From contig CP158635.1 in assembly GCA_050273025.1 (NCBI GenBank), positions 30,070,001-30,134,000 on the forward strand: a stretch of DNA of 64,000 nucleotides, given 5' to 3'. Below the pieces are notes generated by a model that did not search any database, was not told the origin of the DNA, and worked only from the letters and a program-made list of their open reading frames with translations. Below are positions 36,801 through 50,449 of this stretch, one piece after another; the stretch's first letter is position 1; every line of letters starts with the position of its first letter. The stretch is from Cenococcum geophilum (taxonomy: Eukaryota). Made by a program: the position numbers and the translations under genes.

Positions 36801-39800
36801 AGTAGTGTTATCTTCCGACTATAGTATGCCACTAGGTGCTATCTATCTGGATGCCTCTATATAAAGCATACCCCTAGTATAAAGTTTAATATATCTATTT
36901 TTATAACCGTCTCTAGTTCTAGTTAATAGATTTTAAGAACTGGCTTTTAGGTAAATAACCTCTTAACTCTCTTAAATAGTTCTTGTTATTCCTTTCCCTA
37001 TACCTATAGTTCTTCTTTCTTTATTAATTGGGTAAATAGCTTAATGTCCTTTAACCATTGCGCTATAAACCTTCTGCAGTAATTATAAAACCCTAGAAAC
37101 GATCTTAACTATATAACGTTCTCTAGTTCTTACCAATTTACTATAGCCTTGATCTTTTTTAGATCTATACTAAGTTGGCCTAGTTCTATAATAAATCCTA
37201 TAAAATCGGTCTTTTAGTAAAAAAAACTTGTATTTTTTAATCGCTACTGGCATCTGCTTTTCTTAGTCTCTTTAAGACCCATTTAATATGTTCTCCATGT
37301 TCTTCCTTAGTTATTAAGTAGATAATAATATTATTGAGATATGCTATAACAAATTTATCTAAGTGTTTACTTAATATATTATTAATACGCTTTTAAAACG
37401 TTACTAGTGCATTTATAAGCCCGAATTATATAACTAATAGTTTATATAGTCCTTCCTTTAACCTAAAGGCTGCCTTCTATTTATCGCCTTCCTTAATTCT
37501 AATCTAATGGTACGCCCATCTTAGATCTATCTTTATAAAGATTTGCGTATTACCTATCCTATCTTAAATTTCGCTAATTAAGGGTAAAGGATACCTATCC
37601 TTTCTAGTAATGCTATTTTTTTTGGTACAAATAGTACTAAATAACCCGTTAATAACTGCGATGGTTTAATATATCCCTTTTATAAGTTTTCCTAGATAAA
37701 CTCTTTAAGTGCTCTACCTTTCTCTTTAGTAAGCTTATAGGTTAGAAAGAACCTTAAGTTTATTCCTAGTTCTAACTCTATTTTATAGTCCTATACTATA
37801 TATTTTAATAGCTTCTTACTTTCTAGTAACTATAGTTTCTTGCCGTATTTATGGTATCTCTTTAGTATATAGCTTAGCCCTTTTTCTGTTTCCTTATAGG
37901 TTGCTCCTACTTAGTACTATACTAACTTAGCTTATTATTGCATCTTACGTTATTAAGTGTCTCTAATATCGACCTAACCCATAACCTAATCGATTTTTGG
38001 ATTATATTCCTATAATTAAGGCATTCCTAATACTGCCTTATTATTCCCTAATAGTAATATATTAAAAGACATCTCGATTTATCTTCCTTTAATAATTAAC
38101 TAAATAGGTCCTGTTTTAAGATTAATAATACCTCCTCTATAGGCTATTGGATCTCCTAAAATTGTTACTAATAGGTAAGAATATTCCTTTTTCTTATATA
38201 GTAACCCTATTCTTTTAACTACTGCTAGTAAGATGTGGTTCCTTATTGCTCTACTCTCTATTAATGCCTTAAACTATTAATCTTGCCACTTAACTTATAA
38301 ATTTAGGTGTTGTTTTTAAATTCCTTTAAGGGTCTAAGGCTCTACTACTAGTTCCCTCTAATTTTATAGACCTCCACTTTTCTTAACTATTAGCTGCTTA
38401 ATCCTATTTATACTTAGTTTACTTTTAGCCAATACTTAGTTCGCTTTTTATCCTTAATATACTATAGATAGGTATTCTCTGGATATTTCCACCATTGTTA
38501 TTTATTTAGGCATTCTTCTATAAGGAATCTTCCTAGCTAAAGTATTAAGTCCCCTTGTTTTTAAACTTCTACTAAATACTAACCATATATATACTTAGCG
38601 TTTTAATATTTCGCCTTATCTATTAACTAGTACATCCTTATTAAATATTTCCGGTTCCTATCTTTAGGTGTTCTATGTATGTTATATATATTATCTATAT
38701 ATACGATCCATGCTAATGTGTAATATGCTTAGTGTCTTAGGTTAACTTTTAGCTTATCTTTATCCTTAAGTTTAAACCTTTCTTATATTAATCTAAACGT
38801 TGCGACTTCATTCACAGGTACTAAGATTTATCTCTCGCTTCTTTAGTCCTCTAATTACTCCTTTAGATCTTTTAACGTTATAATTAAGGCTCCTTTAATA
38901 TAAGTTATAGCCTTTTCTGTAATTAGGTAGTCTTAGACAACTTTCTCATCTAACTATATATAGAAATCTTCCCACTTATTATTATATCGTTGTCTATACT
39001 ACTTTTAATATAACCCCTTAAGTGTATACGGCTTATCCGTAAGGAAGTATCTTTTTATTACTATATTATAATAGCCTTTTATATATCGTTCTTTAAACCT
39101 AGTTAGAATCCCTAGATCCTCTTCTTATTCCAGTTTAGTAAGCTACTTAGCTCTTAATATGCCTATTCTAGGCCTATTAGTAACCTTTCATACGGGTGCT
39201 CTGTCCCTTATACGTCCTAATGTGCTAGATCTCTTATCTAGTTTCTATTCTTGCTATAAGGTAATTCTTACTCTAAATTTCTTTATAGTTTCTTTCTTAT
39301 CGCGTCTTATAAGTAGATCCTTAAAGTCTTCCTACTTCTTAATCTTATTAATAGTCCTCATTCATATATTAAAGTCTTAGTTTTATAGAATTCTTAATCC
39401 TAAGCTTACTTCTATCTTAAGCTTTGCTCCTGCCTTAGTCTAACTAGGCTTAGGTGTTCTTATCTCATTCTAAGAGTCTTAAATCTTACTTATCTTATTT
39501 TAAGAATCTTATATCCCTAAGAATCTCTATCCCAAGCTTATTTGTATGTCTTTAAACTAAGCTGCTACCCTGCTTTATTAGTTTTCGTCTATTATAGGTC
39601 CTTAAGTATACCTTATCTTATCTTAAGAATCTTAGTTATCTTTTATCTCGTCTTAAGAATTTTAAGCCTTTAGTCTTTTACCTTTATTAAGTAATAAATT
39701 AGTACTAGCAGTTATCTACTTGCTTAATCTCTATAAGATACTCTTCCTTTTATCTTATAAAGCGATAGATACCGTATCTAATAGTGTTATAATGCCCGTT

Positions 39801-41674
39801 ACTAAACCTTGCTTTATAGTGGTTTTAGTCTCTACTTTTAATATAACTTCTTTAAGGTTTACACGTTCCTAGTAAACTGCCTTTATTTCCTTATTATTTG
39901 TAAATGTTTTGCCTACATTAAACTTATTATCTTTAATATCCGATCTACGCGATAGTTTGTTAGTTCCTCTATATTTTATAGATTTTGGCCTTTATAGCCA
40001 ATAGCTTATGCTATACTTAGTGTCTTTATAAATTTGGTATGCGTTATTGTAATAAAACACTCTTTTATTCCTTGCAGTACACTGTCGTCCCTCTATACGT
40101 GTGTGTCTTCTACTATTAGTCTAGTTTCCTTTATTATATAGTAATTCTAACTATCTTTATAATCCCTCGTAAAATAACCTAGTTTCCCGCAATTTATATA
40201 AGCTCTGTCTTTAAACTACTAACTTTGATATAGAGTCCGCCTAAACGTCTTCTACTACTAAGATCCCTAATTTAGCCTCTGCTCCTTAGTTCTGTAATTA
40301 CTAGATCCTTAACCTCTAGGTTTTTATAATTTTTTACTCCATCTCTTATAGGCTTTTTTGGTATCACTTAGGTCTATTAGCTCTGCGCTATACTATAGTT
40401 TCTAACTTAGCTTTAGTTATTGCGTACTCTGCGCCTTATATAACTATAGAACTCTATCTTAGCCTCTCTTAGCCTGTTCCCTTTAGTAGATCTAATTATT
40501 AATTTTAATCGCTTAATCTATTAAATCCCTTAGGGTGTCCGTATCTCCTATTAGGATAATTACGTCCTAGACTTTAGCCTTAAGTCCTTATTTATACTAT
40601 GCTATAAGCGCCTTATTATTCTACTTAACTTATATAGCTAGCGTTTAGAATTATATAGTGTACTCTATTGCTAAGGTTCATTGCGTAATGTCTTAGAGTT
40701 TTCTTTTTACCGTAGTTACTGCCTTTGGGTCTCTAAATATTTATATAAGTCGCTCTATAAACCCTTCCTAACTTAAGAATATAAACCGCACCTCCTAATT
40801 GGTGGTTGTTATTCCATTTGCCTATATTTCTATAAGGTAAGGCTTAAACTACTTAAGTACTCTTCCTAATAGGAATAGTCCCGCATAGGCTATTCGATTT
40901 ATAGGTATTGGTAGTTTTGCTCTTTTTTATGTGACCTTAAAGTATATTTATATAAGAAATCCTTTAAGCTTTAACCTTTCTCCTAAGAATCTCTTAATTA
41001 AGGGTAACTTGATCTTCGCTGCCCCTATCCTATTAATCCTTTATTTAAGCGTCGTATTGTTCTCTGTTAACTGGTTAACTATCTCTTATAATTATCTAAC
41101 CGTTATAGGTTATTGCGAGTTAGTATCTGCTATACTAGTGTCGCCTTCTAACCTTAAAGTAGTTGCCGCCGTTAATAGCGTTATAATGGCTGCTTTTAGT
41201 GGCATGTTATTCAACTTTTTGTATTTAATACTATAACTAGGTAGTAATTGTGTAATAGAACCTTGTAGTAGGTACTATAATAGGCTTATTATTAGGCTAG
41301 GTGTATAGGTAATGCAAATTAAAGTTAATAACGTAATAATAACTGGTGGAGTGGTTGCCTAACAGATTAACTCTAATTGTATTCTAAGAATTACTATAAG
41401 GAAAGAACTATCTAGAGTAGGAACTATGGTCCTTTAAATATATAACCGTACTCCTAGTAAACCCTCCTTATATATGAGGTACGTATGCTCTATTTGCTCT
41501 GTCGCGAATTATATAGATTGTATAGATTATATAGATTATATTACGTGACTTGGTTACTATTCCTCGTTATATAGTTCTACTGGTTCCATCCTAAACCGTG
41601 CCTATATTAACTAACTAGCTTCTTTCAACTCCTCTCCAAGTAGTTATAATATCGTACTTAAAGCGTCCGTAATA
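33866..41674 (-). mobile_element. Full-length family A copy A2, inserted in E gag
   Basis: 424-bp LTRs at 33866-34289 and 41251-41674. TSD CCTAG at 33861-33865 and 41675-41679. Collinear with A1 apart from internal deletions near 37620 and 39350. Confidence 0.95.
34398..35100 (+). pseudogene. Antisense spliced Zn2Cys6-like accessory gene of A2
   Basis: Cys codons at 34488, 34497, 34518, 34569 and 34596 are intact. C4 at 34560 is TAT (TGC in A1). Intron 34627-34681 is 55 nt. The 3' end is approximate. Confidence 0.78.
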
Positions 41675-43664
41675 CCTAGCGGGGACCTAACAGCACTAAC
41701 CGTCCGATTAGGCCCCTAACAGGAACTCTAGGTGTAAGTGTTATACGGAAGTTCCGTCTAGGCCCTAATAGGGCCCTAATAGGTTTCTAGCAGGTTCCTA
41801 TTAGGACTATTAAGAGGCTTTAGGAGGGCTCTAGGAGCTCTAGGGTCTTGGCACCGCACAATTTGCTAATATAGTTAGAGAAGGTTTATTTGCTTAAGTT
41901 ATTTGGGTATATATATAGTATATTAAGGCCGTGCTTAATATAGTTATAAGCCTTATTTATTAGCATATCTAATATATAGAGGACTTTATCTATTAGGGGT
42001 TTAAAGCACTTTTTATTCCTTTAGAAAACGCCTTAAATCTTTATTTCCTATATTTTAAATTTTTCTTGCTTTTTAGTTAGTAATCCTTTACTATTAAATA
42101 GGGTTAGATTTTTTGCTTTACGCTTTTTTCTATAGGGCTTAGTTAGAAAAGGAGAGCTAGTAGCGGTATTCTTGTCAGTAATAGTCTAGGTAAGTGTAGT
42201 AATTTAAAGACTTAGACTTTGTATGGTCTAAGTATTTATAAAGGCTTACTATTTGTATTGTTGTATATATAGTTTAAGTGTCTTAAGGGTGTTAATTCTG
42301 TGCTAAGCTTCTTTAAGTTAGGACTTTATAGTTTAGCCTTTGTTATAAACGGCTTAGAAACCGCTTTTAACGCTAATTAGGAAAGTTGTATATATAGAGA
42401 AGTACTAGAAGGTTCCTGCTACGTTAAGGTTCTTAAGGTACTCCGGGCTACTCCTAATTGCCTAGGTAATATAGATATAGGGGGTATTAAAAAGGCAGGC
42501 GAGTGCTTTACGTGTATTCGCCGACGGGGTATTATCTATATTATGGTTGCCTATTTAAGGGATTTGTATAAGGTAATTAAAGTCTATAAGGCTAGCTGTA
42601 GTACTAAGATTATTTATAACTGTGCTAGGGTTGTTTGGGACTATAGTACGGTGTTATCGGTTGTGCTAGGTCGCAATTATACTGGGAAAATGGAGATAAT
42701 AGACTAGGAAAAAACAAAGGTTGTAATGGGGCGTAATTAGAGATACCACAAACTGTTATGGTACTGTAATGAAGTAGACTAAATAACTATGTTGTGGTAT
42801 AAAGAGGAGAAGAAGGTAAAAGGGGGTATTGTATATAAATAGTAGGGCCAGCCGCTAAGGCGCTAGTGGTGGGCTAGCTAATAGTAGGAAATAGTACGAG
42901 ACAGTATAAAATAGTATACGTTAGGTCAGTGCCGTAATAAAATAGAAGATTTAGTAATGGTTCCAGATATACTATAGATGAGATAATGGGGAAAACCGTA
43001 TAAATTAAAACTATAAGGTTAAGCATAGGTATTAAGAACGGAAACGTTTTACCGATATAACAGGGATTATAAAATGCCGTAAAAGAAAGCTTATAGGGAT
43101 CTCTATAAAAACCACTGGGGATACTATTTAAGGAAGACGCTATTTAAGAATAAGTAGTAGTACTAGGAAAAGAGGCCCTAGGGATTTAGAAGGGTTCCTT
43201 AGGGATAAAAGGAGAGTATTTAATCTAGCACCAGAGATATATAGTAGAGTTAATAGTATAAAGAGGAGCAAAAGACAGCCTATAAAGAATTAGAAATATT
43301 AAAAAATTATAAAGCACCTATAGAAACATCACCTGTTTATTATAAATAGAGATTATAATAGTGTGTTGCTTTTATATAAACTGTTATTAAGGCTTAAAAT
43401 AAAGGTATCCCTAAAGTATAAAGTTAGTTCCTAGTAATAGGGTATTTTAAAGGCACCTAAGAGGTACTATATAAAGCTATTTTATAAAAAAAAGAAAAAA
43501 GAATAAGATAATAACTTAACTATTAGTAGTAGTAATAGAAGCCTCCTCCTCTATCTTAACGTTCTTATTGGTAGTATTATTAGCGCTCCTATTTTTAGAA
43601 GTATTAGCACTTTTATTGATATTTTCTTAGAGCGATGGAAACTAAAAGGATTAGCATAGGTAGG

Positions 43665-46600
43665 TGTCACGGGACACCCCCGTAACACCTTATACACGTC
43701 CACCTGTTTCCACCAACTTAGCAACTAAAGACTGACCATAAGACGGCAATTTGCGGCAATCTGACGGCAATCTACCATATTCTGCTATATTCCGCCAAGT
43801 TCCACTAAATCCTGCTAAGTTCTGCCAGGACTACCACCTAAATCCTATTCTGCTCCGTATACGTATTAATTAAGCAACCAAGCTAATAATATATACCCTT
43901 TCTTCCCGTTTCCCTGCCTTCTCTCCTTATATAACGTCTTAACCTTATTACACAGTTTATATATATAGCTTAATAATATCTACTTCGTTATATATTATTA
44001 CCACTTATACTTACTCCGTAACACTACGTTGCGTTAACTACTTACACTACTACCCGAAATGGAAAACGCACCTAAAGCCCCCGTGACGGCCGCCAATATT
44101 ATATCCATCCTTTAAGAATAAATGGCAAGCATACAGAAGTCCTTTATAGAGGCCCTTAAACAACAACGAGTTACCCTAACTTAATAATAAGCCGAACAAG
44201 AAGTACGGTATTAGAAAACAATGGAAGCCCTCTAAAAAGAAGTCCGTACCCTTAAGATGCCTACGCTAGAACCCTAAGACCAAATACCATCTCTAGAGTT
44301 AAACACGCGAAACGCGAGTCCCAAACCTATAGCAGCTATTTATCCTAAACCAACTACCGCACTATAACGATCTAAGCGGTTACCTAACCCCCTAGTATTC
44401 ACTGGTAAACAATAAAAGCTCGAATTATTCCTAAGCCAGCTAAAAAATAAGCTAACCGGTAACGCCGACCGTTACCTAATTAAAGCTAACCGACTCTGTT
44501 ACGCCCTAAGTTAACTAGGAGGAGAGGCAGCTAATCTTATTAAACCTCTTCAGCTAACCTCAGTATAAAGCCTAGTTGTACTTTTTAAAGCCTTATACGG
44601 TGACCCAAACCGCCAAGCTACTGCCTAGAGAAAGATAAACTACATAGCTTAAGGAACGAAAAGTTTCCTAGTATACTTCTCCGAATTTAACTATTACGTA
44701 AGGGAAACAGGCTGGAACGACTCCGCACTAATTAACAGCCTCGTTAAATCTCTAAGCCCCAAACTAAAAACCTCCTTAATAGGCGTAGACCTACTAGGAG
44801 CCCTTAACGCCTACACAAACGTCGTTAATAAATGGTATAATAATATACTACGCCTAATACTAAAACACGCCCCTTAATATAATATAATAGCCCTATAAAC
44901 ATCTATTAAGTCGTCTTAGCCTAAGCACCCTAACGCCATAGATATTAATACTGGAACCCTAAAGTACGCCCCACTAGGGTCCCCTAAATAAGAAAGACGC
45001 ATTAAGCTAGGCCTTTGCTTTAAATGCGGAAGGAAGGATTATATCTTAAAATACTGCCTTATCCCCCTACCTACGCACCGAAATAATTTACGAACGGCTA
45101 ACACTAACAGCCGTTTACCGCATCGATCTTCCGGTTACTATCCCCGATCTTTATTTAGTTCCAGCCCTACGTTTAGTAAGCACTATTTATAAGGACGAAG
45201 CTCCAACTAATACTCTATAAGAACCCTACCCTAATTACCTCTAAAAGGAAGGTCCTAGAGCTAAGTCGCTCTCTAGGACAGCTCTGCCTTAGGATCTTAT
45301 TAAACGCATTTAACGTTACGAACTCTAACTCTTAGGACCGTAGTATAACTATTAACTGCCGTCTTTAGCAGAATGGTTAATAGGCTAACGCTCGAATTCT
45401 AATTAATATAGGAGCTAGCGGTATAGGATTTATTAATAAGATCTTTACGTAAGATAATAGTTTTACCCTAACCCCCCTCGACCAGCATATTAATATATTT
45501 AAATTTAACGGTAAACGCACCGTTTTAGGCCGTATTACCTATATGGCAGCCCTAAAACTCTAATACCTAAACTACAAAGAACTAATTAAGCTTTTTATTA
45601 CCACCTTAGGTTACCTAGTAATCCTTAAATAACCTTAGATAAAGCTATATAAGGTAACTATTAACTAAAATAACCTTAAGCTTCTATTTACCGCCTCCTA
45701 TTATAAGCAGAAGTGCCTTATAACTTACTACCCTAACCCTAAACTAAAACCTAGGAAATCCACTAAGATCTACCAGCCTAAGATTTCTACTAATATCCAC
45801 CCCACGCCTAAGGAATCTACCAGATTCCACTAACCTAAGAATTCTACCGAATTCCACCAATATAAGATTTCTACCGATATTTACTAAAGATCTAGAAATC
45901 CCACTAAACCCTATAAACTAACTCTAACTACTACACCACCCCAAACTAAGTAGAAGCTTAAGCTTAGTATACGGGAGTACTAGAAGAACTAGTACCCTAT
46001 AATAAAAAGAATACTTAAAGAACCCGAACCTAAATCTAACACTAACTTTATACCTAATACTAAACCTAAACCTAAATAAGGAACTATATAAGAGACTATA
46101 GACAATCCAAGAGAGCTTAACACCCTAAATATCCGCATAATTAGAGCTACTCCGCTAGCTTAGCTTACTAAAAAGCCTAAATATACGATTTTCGCTGTTA
46201 TAATAGCTAATATTAAGAAAGCCTTAGCACCAAAGAAGTACACTAACCCTATTATAAAGGTACTAGCAGAGTACTATTACCGCTTAGACGCATTTTTATA
46301 AAAGGAAGCCGATAAGCTACTAAAACACCAACTATACGACCATAAGATTATACTTAAAAAAGGAAAGCAGCCCGGATTTAGACCTCTATACAGAATATCC
46401 TAAAACGAACTCTAAGTGCTATAAAAGTATCTAGATAAGAACCTAAGTAAAGAATTTATTAGAGTAAGCTCTTTACCTATAGCCGTACTAGTAATCTTTA
46501 TTAAGAAACCTAGCGGCAGTTTATGCTTCTGCGTAGATTACTAAGCCCTTAACGCCGTTACTATTAAGAACTAATATCCGATCCTATTAATATAAGAGAC

Positions 46601-49600
46601 GCTAAACTAACTAAGTAAGGCTCGCTACTATACGAAGCTTAATATTATCTCTGCATTTAACCGCCTCTATATAGTAAAGGGAGATAAATAGCTTACCATA
46701 TTTTATACTCAGTATGGATTATTTAAATACTTAGTAACGCTATTTGGCCTCATAAATGCTCCAAGCTTATTTTAACATTATATAAATAATACCCTACGCC
46801 CCTACCTAAACATCTTCTATACTGCTTATATTAACAATATTTTGATATATAGTAATAACCTAACCAAATATCGGAAACACGTTAACCTTATTTTATAAGC
46901 CCTGCACGGAGCTGGTCTATAATTAGATATAGATAAATACAAGTTTTATAAGACGGAAGTCCTATACCTTAGGCTTCTTATATCTATAAACGGTATATAA
47001 ATGGACCTAAAGAAAATTAAAGCAATTATAAACTAGTAAGAACCCAAGAACGTTAAGGACGTAAGAGCCTTTATAGGATTTGCCAATTTCTACTAACGGT
47101 TTATTAATAACTTCTTTGCCCTAGTTTTACCCCTTATAGCTCTAACCTAAAAGGACAAAGCCTTTATTTTTAATAAGGAATACAAGAAGGCCTTTACTTA
47201 TTTAAAGGTTATATTTACTACCGCGCCCGTACTCTAACACTTTAACCTAAACTAAATAAGTGTTATAGAAGCTAACTTATCTAACTATGTTACTAAAGGC
47301 ATCCTATCTTAATATAATAAAGAGGGAGTATTGCACCCCGTGGCATACTACTTAAAATAACTAAGCCTAGCCGAATATAACTACGAGATCTACGATAAGG
47401 AACTGCTGGCTATTATTAGATGCTTTAAGCAATAGTAACCTAAACTAAAAGGCGCTAGATTCCTAATTAAGGTCCTTAGCGATTATAAGAACCTATAGTA
47501 CTTTATAACCATAAAACAGCTAAGCCACCATTAGGCCCGCTGGTTAGAATACCTGTCTTATTTCCAATTCTTAATTATATACCGCCTAGGCGTTTAAGGC
47601 TAGAAGCCTAATGCCCTAACCTAACACTCGCAAGACGCGCTAGTACTGGAAGAGGCACGTTCTTACCGAAATTAGACCCTACTTCGCCCTAAACTGTTTA
47701 ACCCTCCTATTAAAGATCTTATAGTATAAGTCCTCAAAATAACTAATTAATTAATTGAATAGATTATAACTAATAAATACCCGAATAACGAGTTTATTTA
47801 AGAGACGCTTAAGCTAATTTAAGATGGCGTTAGACGCTCTAAGAAGATCTCTTTAAGTAAATATAAAGCTTGCGGAAACCGCTTATATTACTAAAACCGT
47901 CTAGTTATCCCTAATTATAATAAACTTAAGCTTAAGCTCCTTAAACATATATATAACCTACTAGTAGCTAGCTACCTAGGCCAAGGAAAAACCCTAGAGC
48001 TACTCTAACGGGAGTACTACTGGTTAAATATGCATAACACGATACGAAGGTATATCTTTAGCTATTACGTCTGCCGATAAGCTAAAGCTTTATATAAGAC
48101 ATATAACGGCCTTTTAAAGCTACTACCTATTCCGGACCAAAGATAGAAAAACGTCTTAATTAACTTTGTTGTTAACCTCCCTATAAGTAAGGGCTGCACA
48201 AATATTATAGTAGTTGTAGACTAACTATCTAAGATAAGACACTTAATCGCCTGCCCCGATATGTTAATACCTACTATCGCCTAACTATTCTTAGACCACG
48301 TATGGAAACTCTACAGACTCCCCAAAACGATTATCTCCGATAGAGGCAGCTAGTTTATCTCTGTATTTTAGAAAGAACTAACTACCCAACTCTATATTAA
48401 AGCACTGTTGTTTATAGCATACTACCTAGAAACGGACGGTTAAATAGAACGTATAAACGCTATAATGGAATAGTATATTTGGATATACACGTTATACTTA
48501 TAAGATGACTAGATTAACTGGCTTATATTCGCTGAGTTTACCGCAAATAATTCCGTTTTGGAAACCATAAAGGTCTCCCCGTTCCTGGCTAACTACGGCT
48601 AGCATCTATAAATGGGTTTTAAACCCTTTAGTAATGTTCCTCACCCTACTTATTACGCCTTATAAGTTACGGAAGTAAATAAATTCGTAGAGAAGATAAA
48701 GGAACTATAATAGTTCCTTACTAACGAAATAATATGGGCTTAATCTATCTATAAAGCCGCAGCGAATAAGAAACGAACCCTAGCACTGGCCTATTAAATT
48801 AGTAACTTTATCTAGCTAGATATAAGAAATCTAAACACGAAATAACCTACTAAGAAGCTTAATTAGAAGAACGCTGGCCCTTATAAGGTTAAGAAGGTTA
48901 TTTTCTTTTACGCCTACTAACTAAAGCTCCCTAATACGGTTAAAATCCACCCCGTATTCCATACGTTAATCCTCCGCCCCGCTACTCCCGCATTAGATGC
49001 CCTGCCCAGACAGATATAAGACCCTCCCCTACTAGTTAAAGTGGATGGTAAAAACGAGTACTTTATTAAAAGAATTAATAACATTAAGTATAACAAACGG
49101 AAATGTTAATATATATATCTTACGAAATAGAGAGGCTTTACTAAGCCCTTATGGGAACCTATTAACTCTATAGGACTTATATAAGCCGCAGAAGACTTTC
49201 ACAAACTCCATCTAGAACTACCACAGCCCCATCTCGCAGAAGCTCGAGTTTAAAGGGGGGGTACTGTCACGGGATACCCCCGTAACACCTTATATACGTC
49301 CACCTGTTTCCACCGACTTAGCAACTAAAGACTAACTATAAGACGGCAATTTGCGGCAATCTAACGGCAATCTGCTATATTCTGCTATATTCCGCTAAGT
49401 TCCACTAAATCCTGCTAAGTTCTGCCAGGACCACCACCTAAATCCTATTCTACTCCGTGCACGTATTAACTAAGCAACTAAGCTAACGATATATACCCTT
49501 TCTTCCCGTTTCCCTGCCTTCTCTCCTTACGCAACGTCTTGACCTTATTACACAGTTTATGTACATAGCTTAATAATATCTACTTCATTATATATTATCA

Positions 49601-49623
49601 CCACTTGTGCTCACTCCGTGACA
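43665..49623 (+). mobile_element. Full-length family B copy B2
   Basis: 359-bp LTRs at 43665-44023 and 49265-49623 (TGTCAC..GTGACA). TSD GTAGG at 43660-43664 and 49624-49628. PPT aaagggggggtac at 49252-49264. Confidence 0.96.
44059..49253 (+). pseudogene. B2 gag-pol, RIP-disrupted
   Basis: ATG at 44059 (MENAPKAP). Knuckle LCFKCGRK (~45013). RT LCFCVDY (~46521). RNase [14 protein letters not shown] (~47379). Integrase ISDRGS (~48333). Chromodomain ~49050-49200. Confidence 0.9.
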
Positions 49624-50449
49624 GTAGGGGACCGGCGAGAAGAACGTTTATCTTAACTTTTATTACTATCCTTAGTATTATCCCTAGGTTCCAAATTAGT
49701 GTCTAAGCGGGGATTAGAAAACTAATAGCTAAAGAATTAGTATAATTCCTAAATATGTTATTAAAGAAACTTACCTAGCTAAAAAGGCCCGTATAAGAGT
49801 ATAAATATTATTATTTATAAAAGTAAGCTTCTCGCAAATACGCTCCTAGATATTATATGTCTAAGATTATTATATCTCTATAGTAGTAGAAACCCTTATT
49901 AAATTAAAGAGTTTATAAGTAATAAAAGATACCTTCTATCCCCGTCTATTACTATTTAGATATAGGTAGAGATCCTAAATAGCGCGCTAGAGCTTATAAG
50001 CCTTATATATATAAATAGCGGGGATTTAATATAATTAGCAAAATTTAGAATAGGATAAAATAGAAAATACTAAAACGTAGGTCTTTCTCCTACTACAGCA
50101 ATAGGAGTACTTAAATTTGTTTTTATTAGAGCAAGGTATCTTATAGGCGTAGAATGGGTCTAGTGTAAGAGTATAAACGTAATAATAATAGCACTTTAGG
50201 GAAACCACTATAGGAGTAACTAAAGTGGTCTAAGGCGCTATTAAATAAGGAATAATACTGCCGCTAGTTTAGGGACGCGTAATATAACCATAAGCTATTA
50301 CAAGAGAATACTATAAAAAGTTAGTATTATTAATAGAGATAAAATAGGGATCCTATTACTTACTAGCGTATTATAAACAAAGAATAGAGCCGTAGTAAAA
50401 AAATAGCTAAAGATATAGAAGCTAAAAGCTAAGATATAATAAAAATAGT

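Larger units (their letters stand above)
27973..42939 (-). mobile_element. Full-length Ty3/gypsy family E (~7.15 kb without A2), inserted at the end of D pol
   Basis: 186-bp LTRs at 27973-28158 and 42754-42939. TSD AAATA at 27968-27972 and 42940-42944. PPT (rc gtactcccctcc) at 28159-28170. Minus-strand RT (KPGGG ~31335, AYL(DD)VLIF ~31000), RNase H and integrase. Confidence 0.93.
42945..50363 (-). pseudogene. Multi-intron minus-strand gene relic downstream of D pol, split by B2; putative Cys6 protein
   Basis: Canonical introns at 50363-50311 (GTAAGT..TACTAAC..TAG) and 49774-49729 (GTAAGT..TACTAAT..TAG). Further branch/acceptor motifs near 50035, 43650 and 43420. De-RIP reading of 50298-50071 gives a Cys6 pattern. 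Confidence 0.5.

Noticed and set aside
39159..41236. Hydrophobic ORFs 39159..39380 and 40931..41236 (also 60762..61001, 62879..63082)
   Set aside because: Antisense shadows of family A gag/pol. The hydrophobicity comes from RIP-driven AT enrichment.
42742..42750. TGGTATC after the E 5' LTR as a tRNA-iMet PBS
   Set aside because: It is offset 5 nt and does not extend to AGAGC. LTR self-complementarity explains it better.
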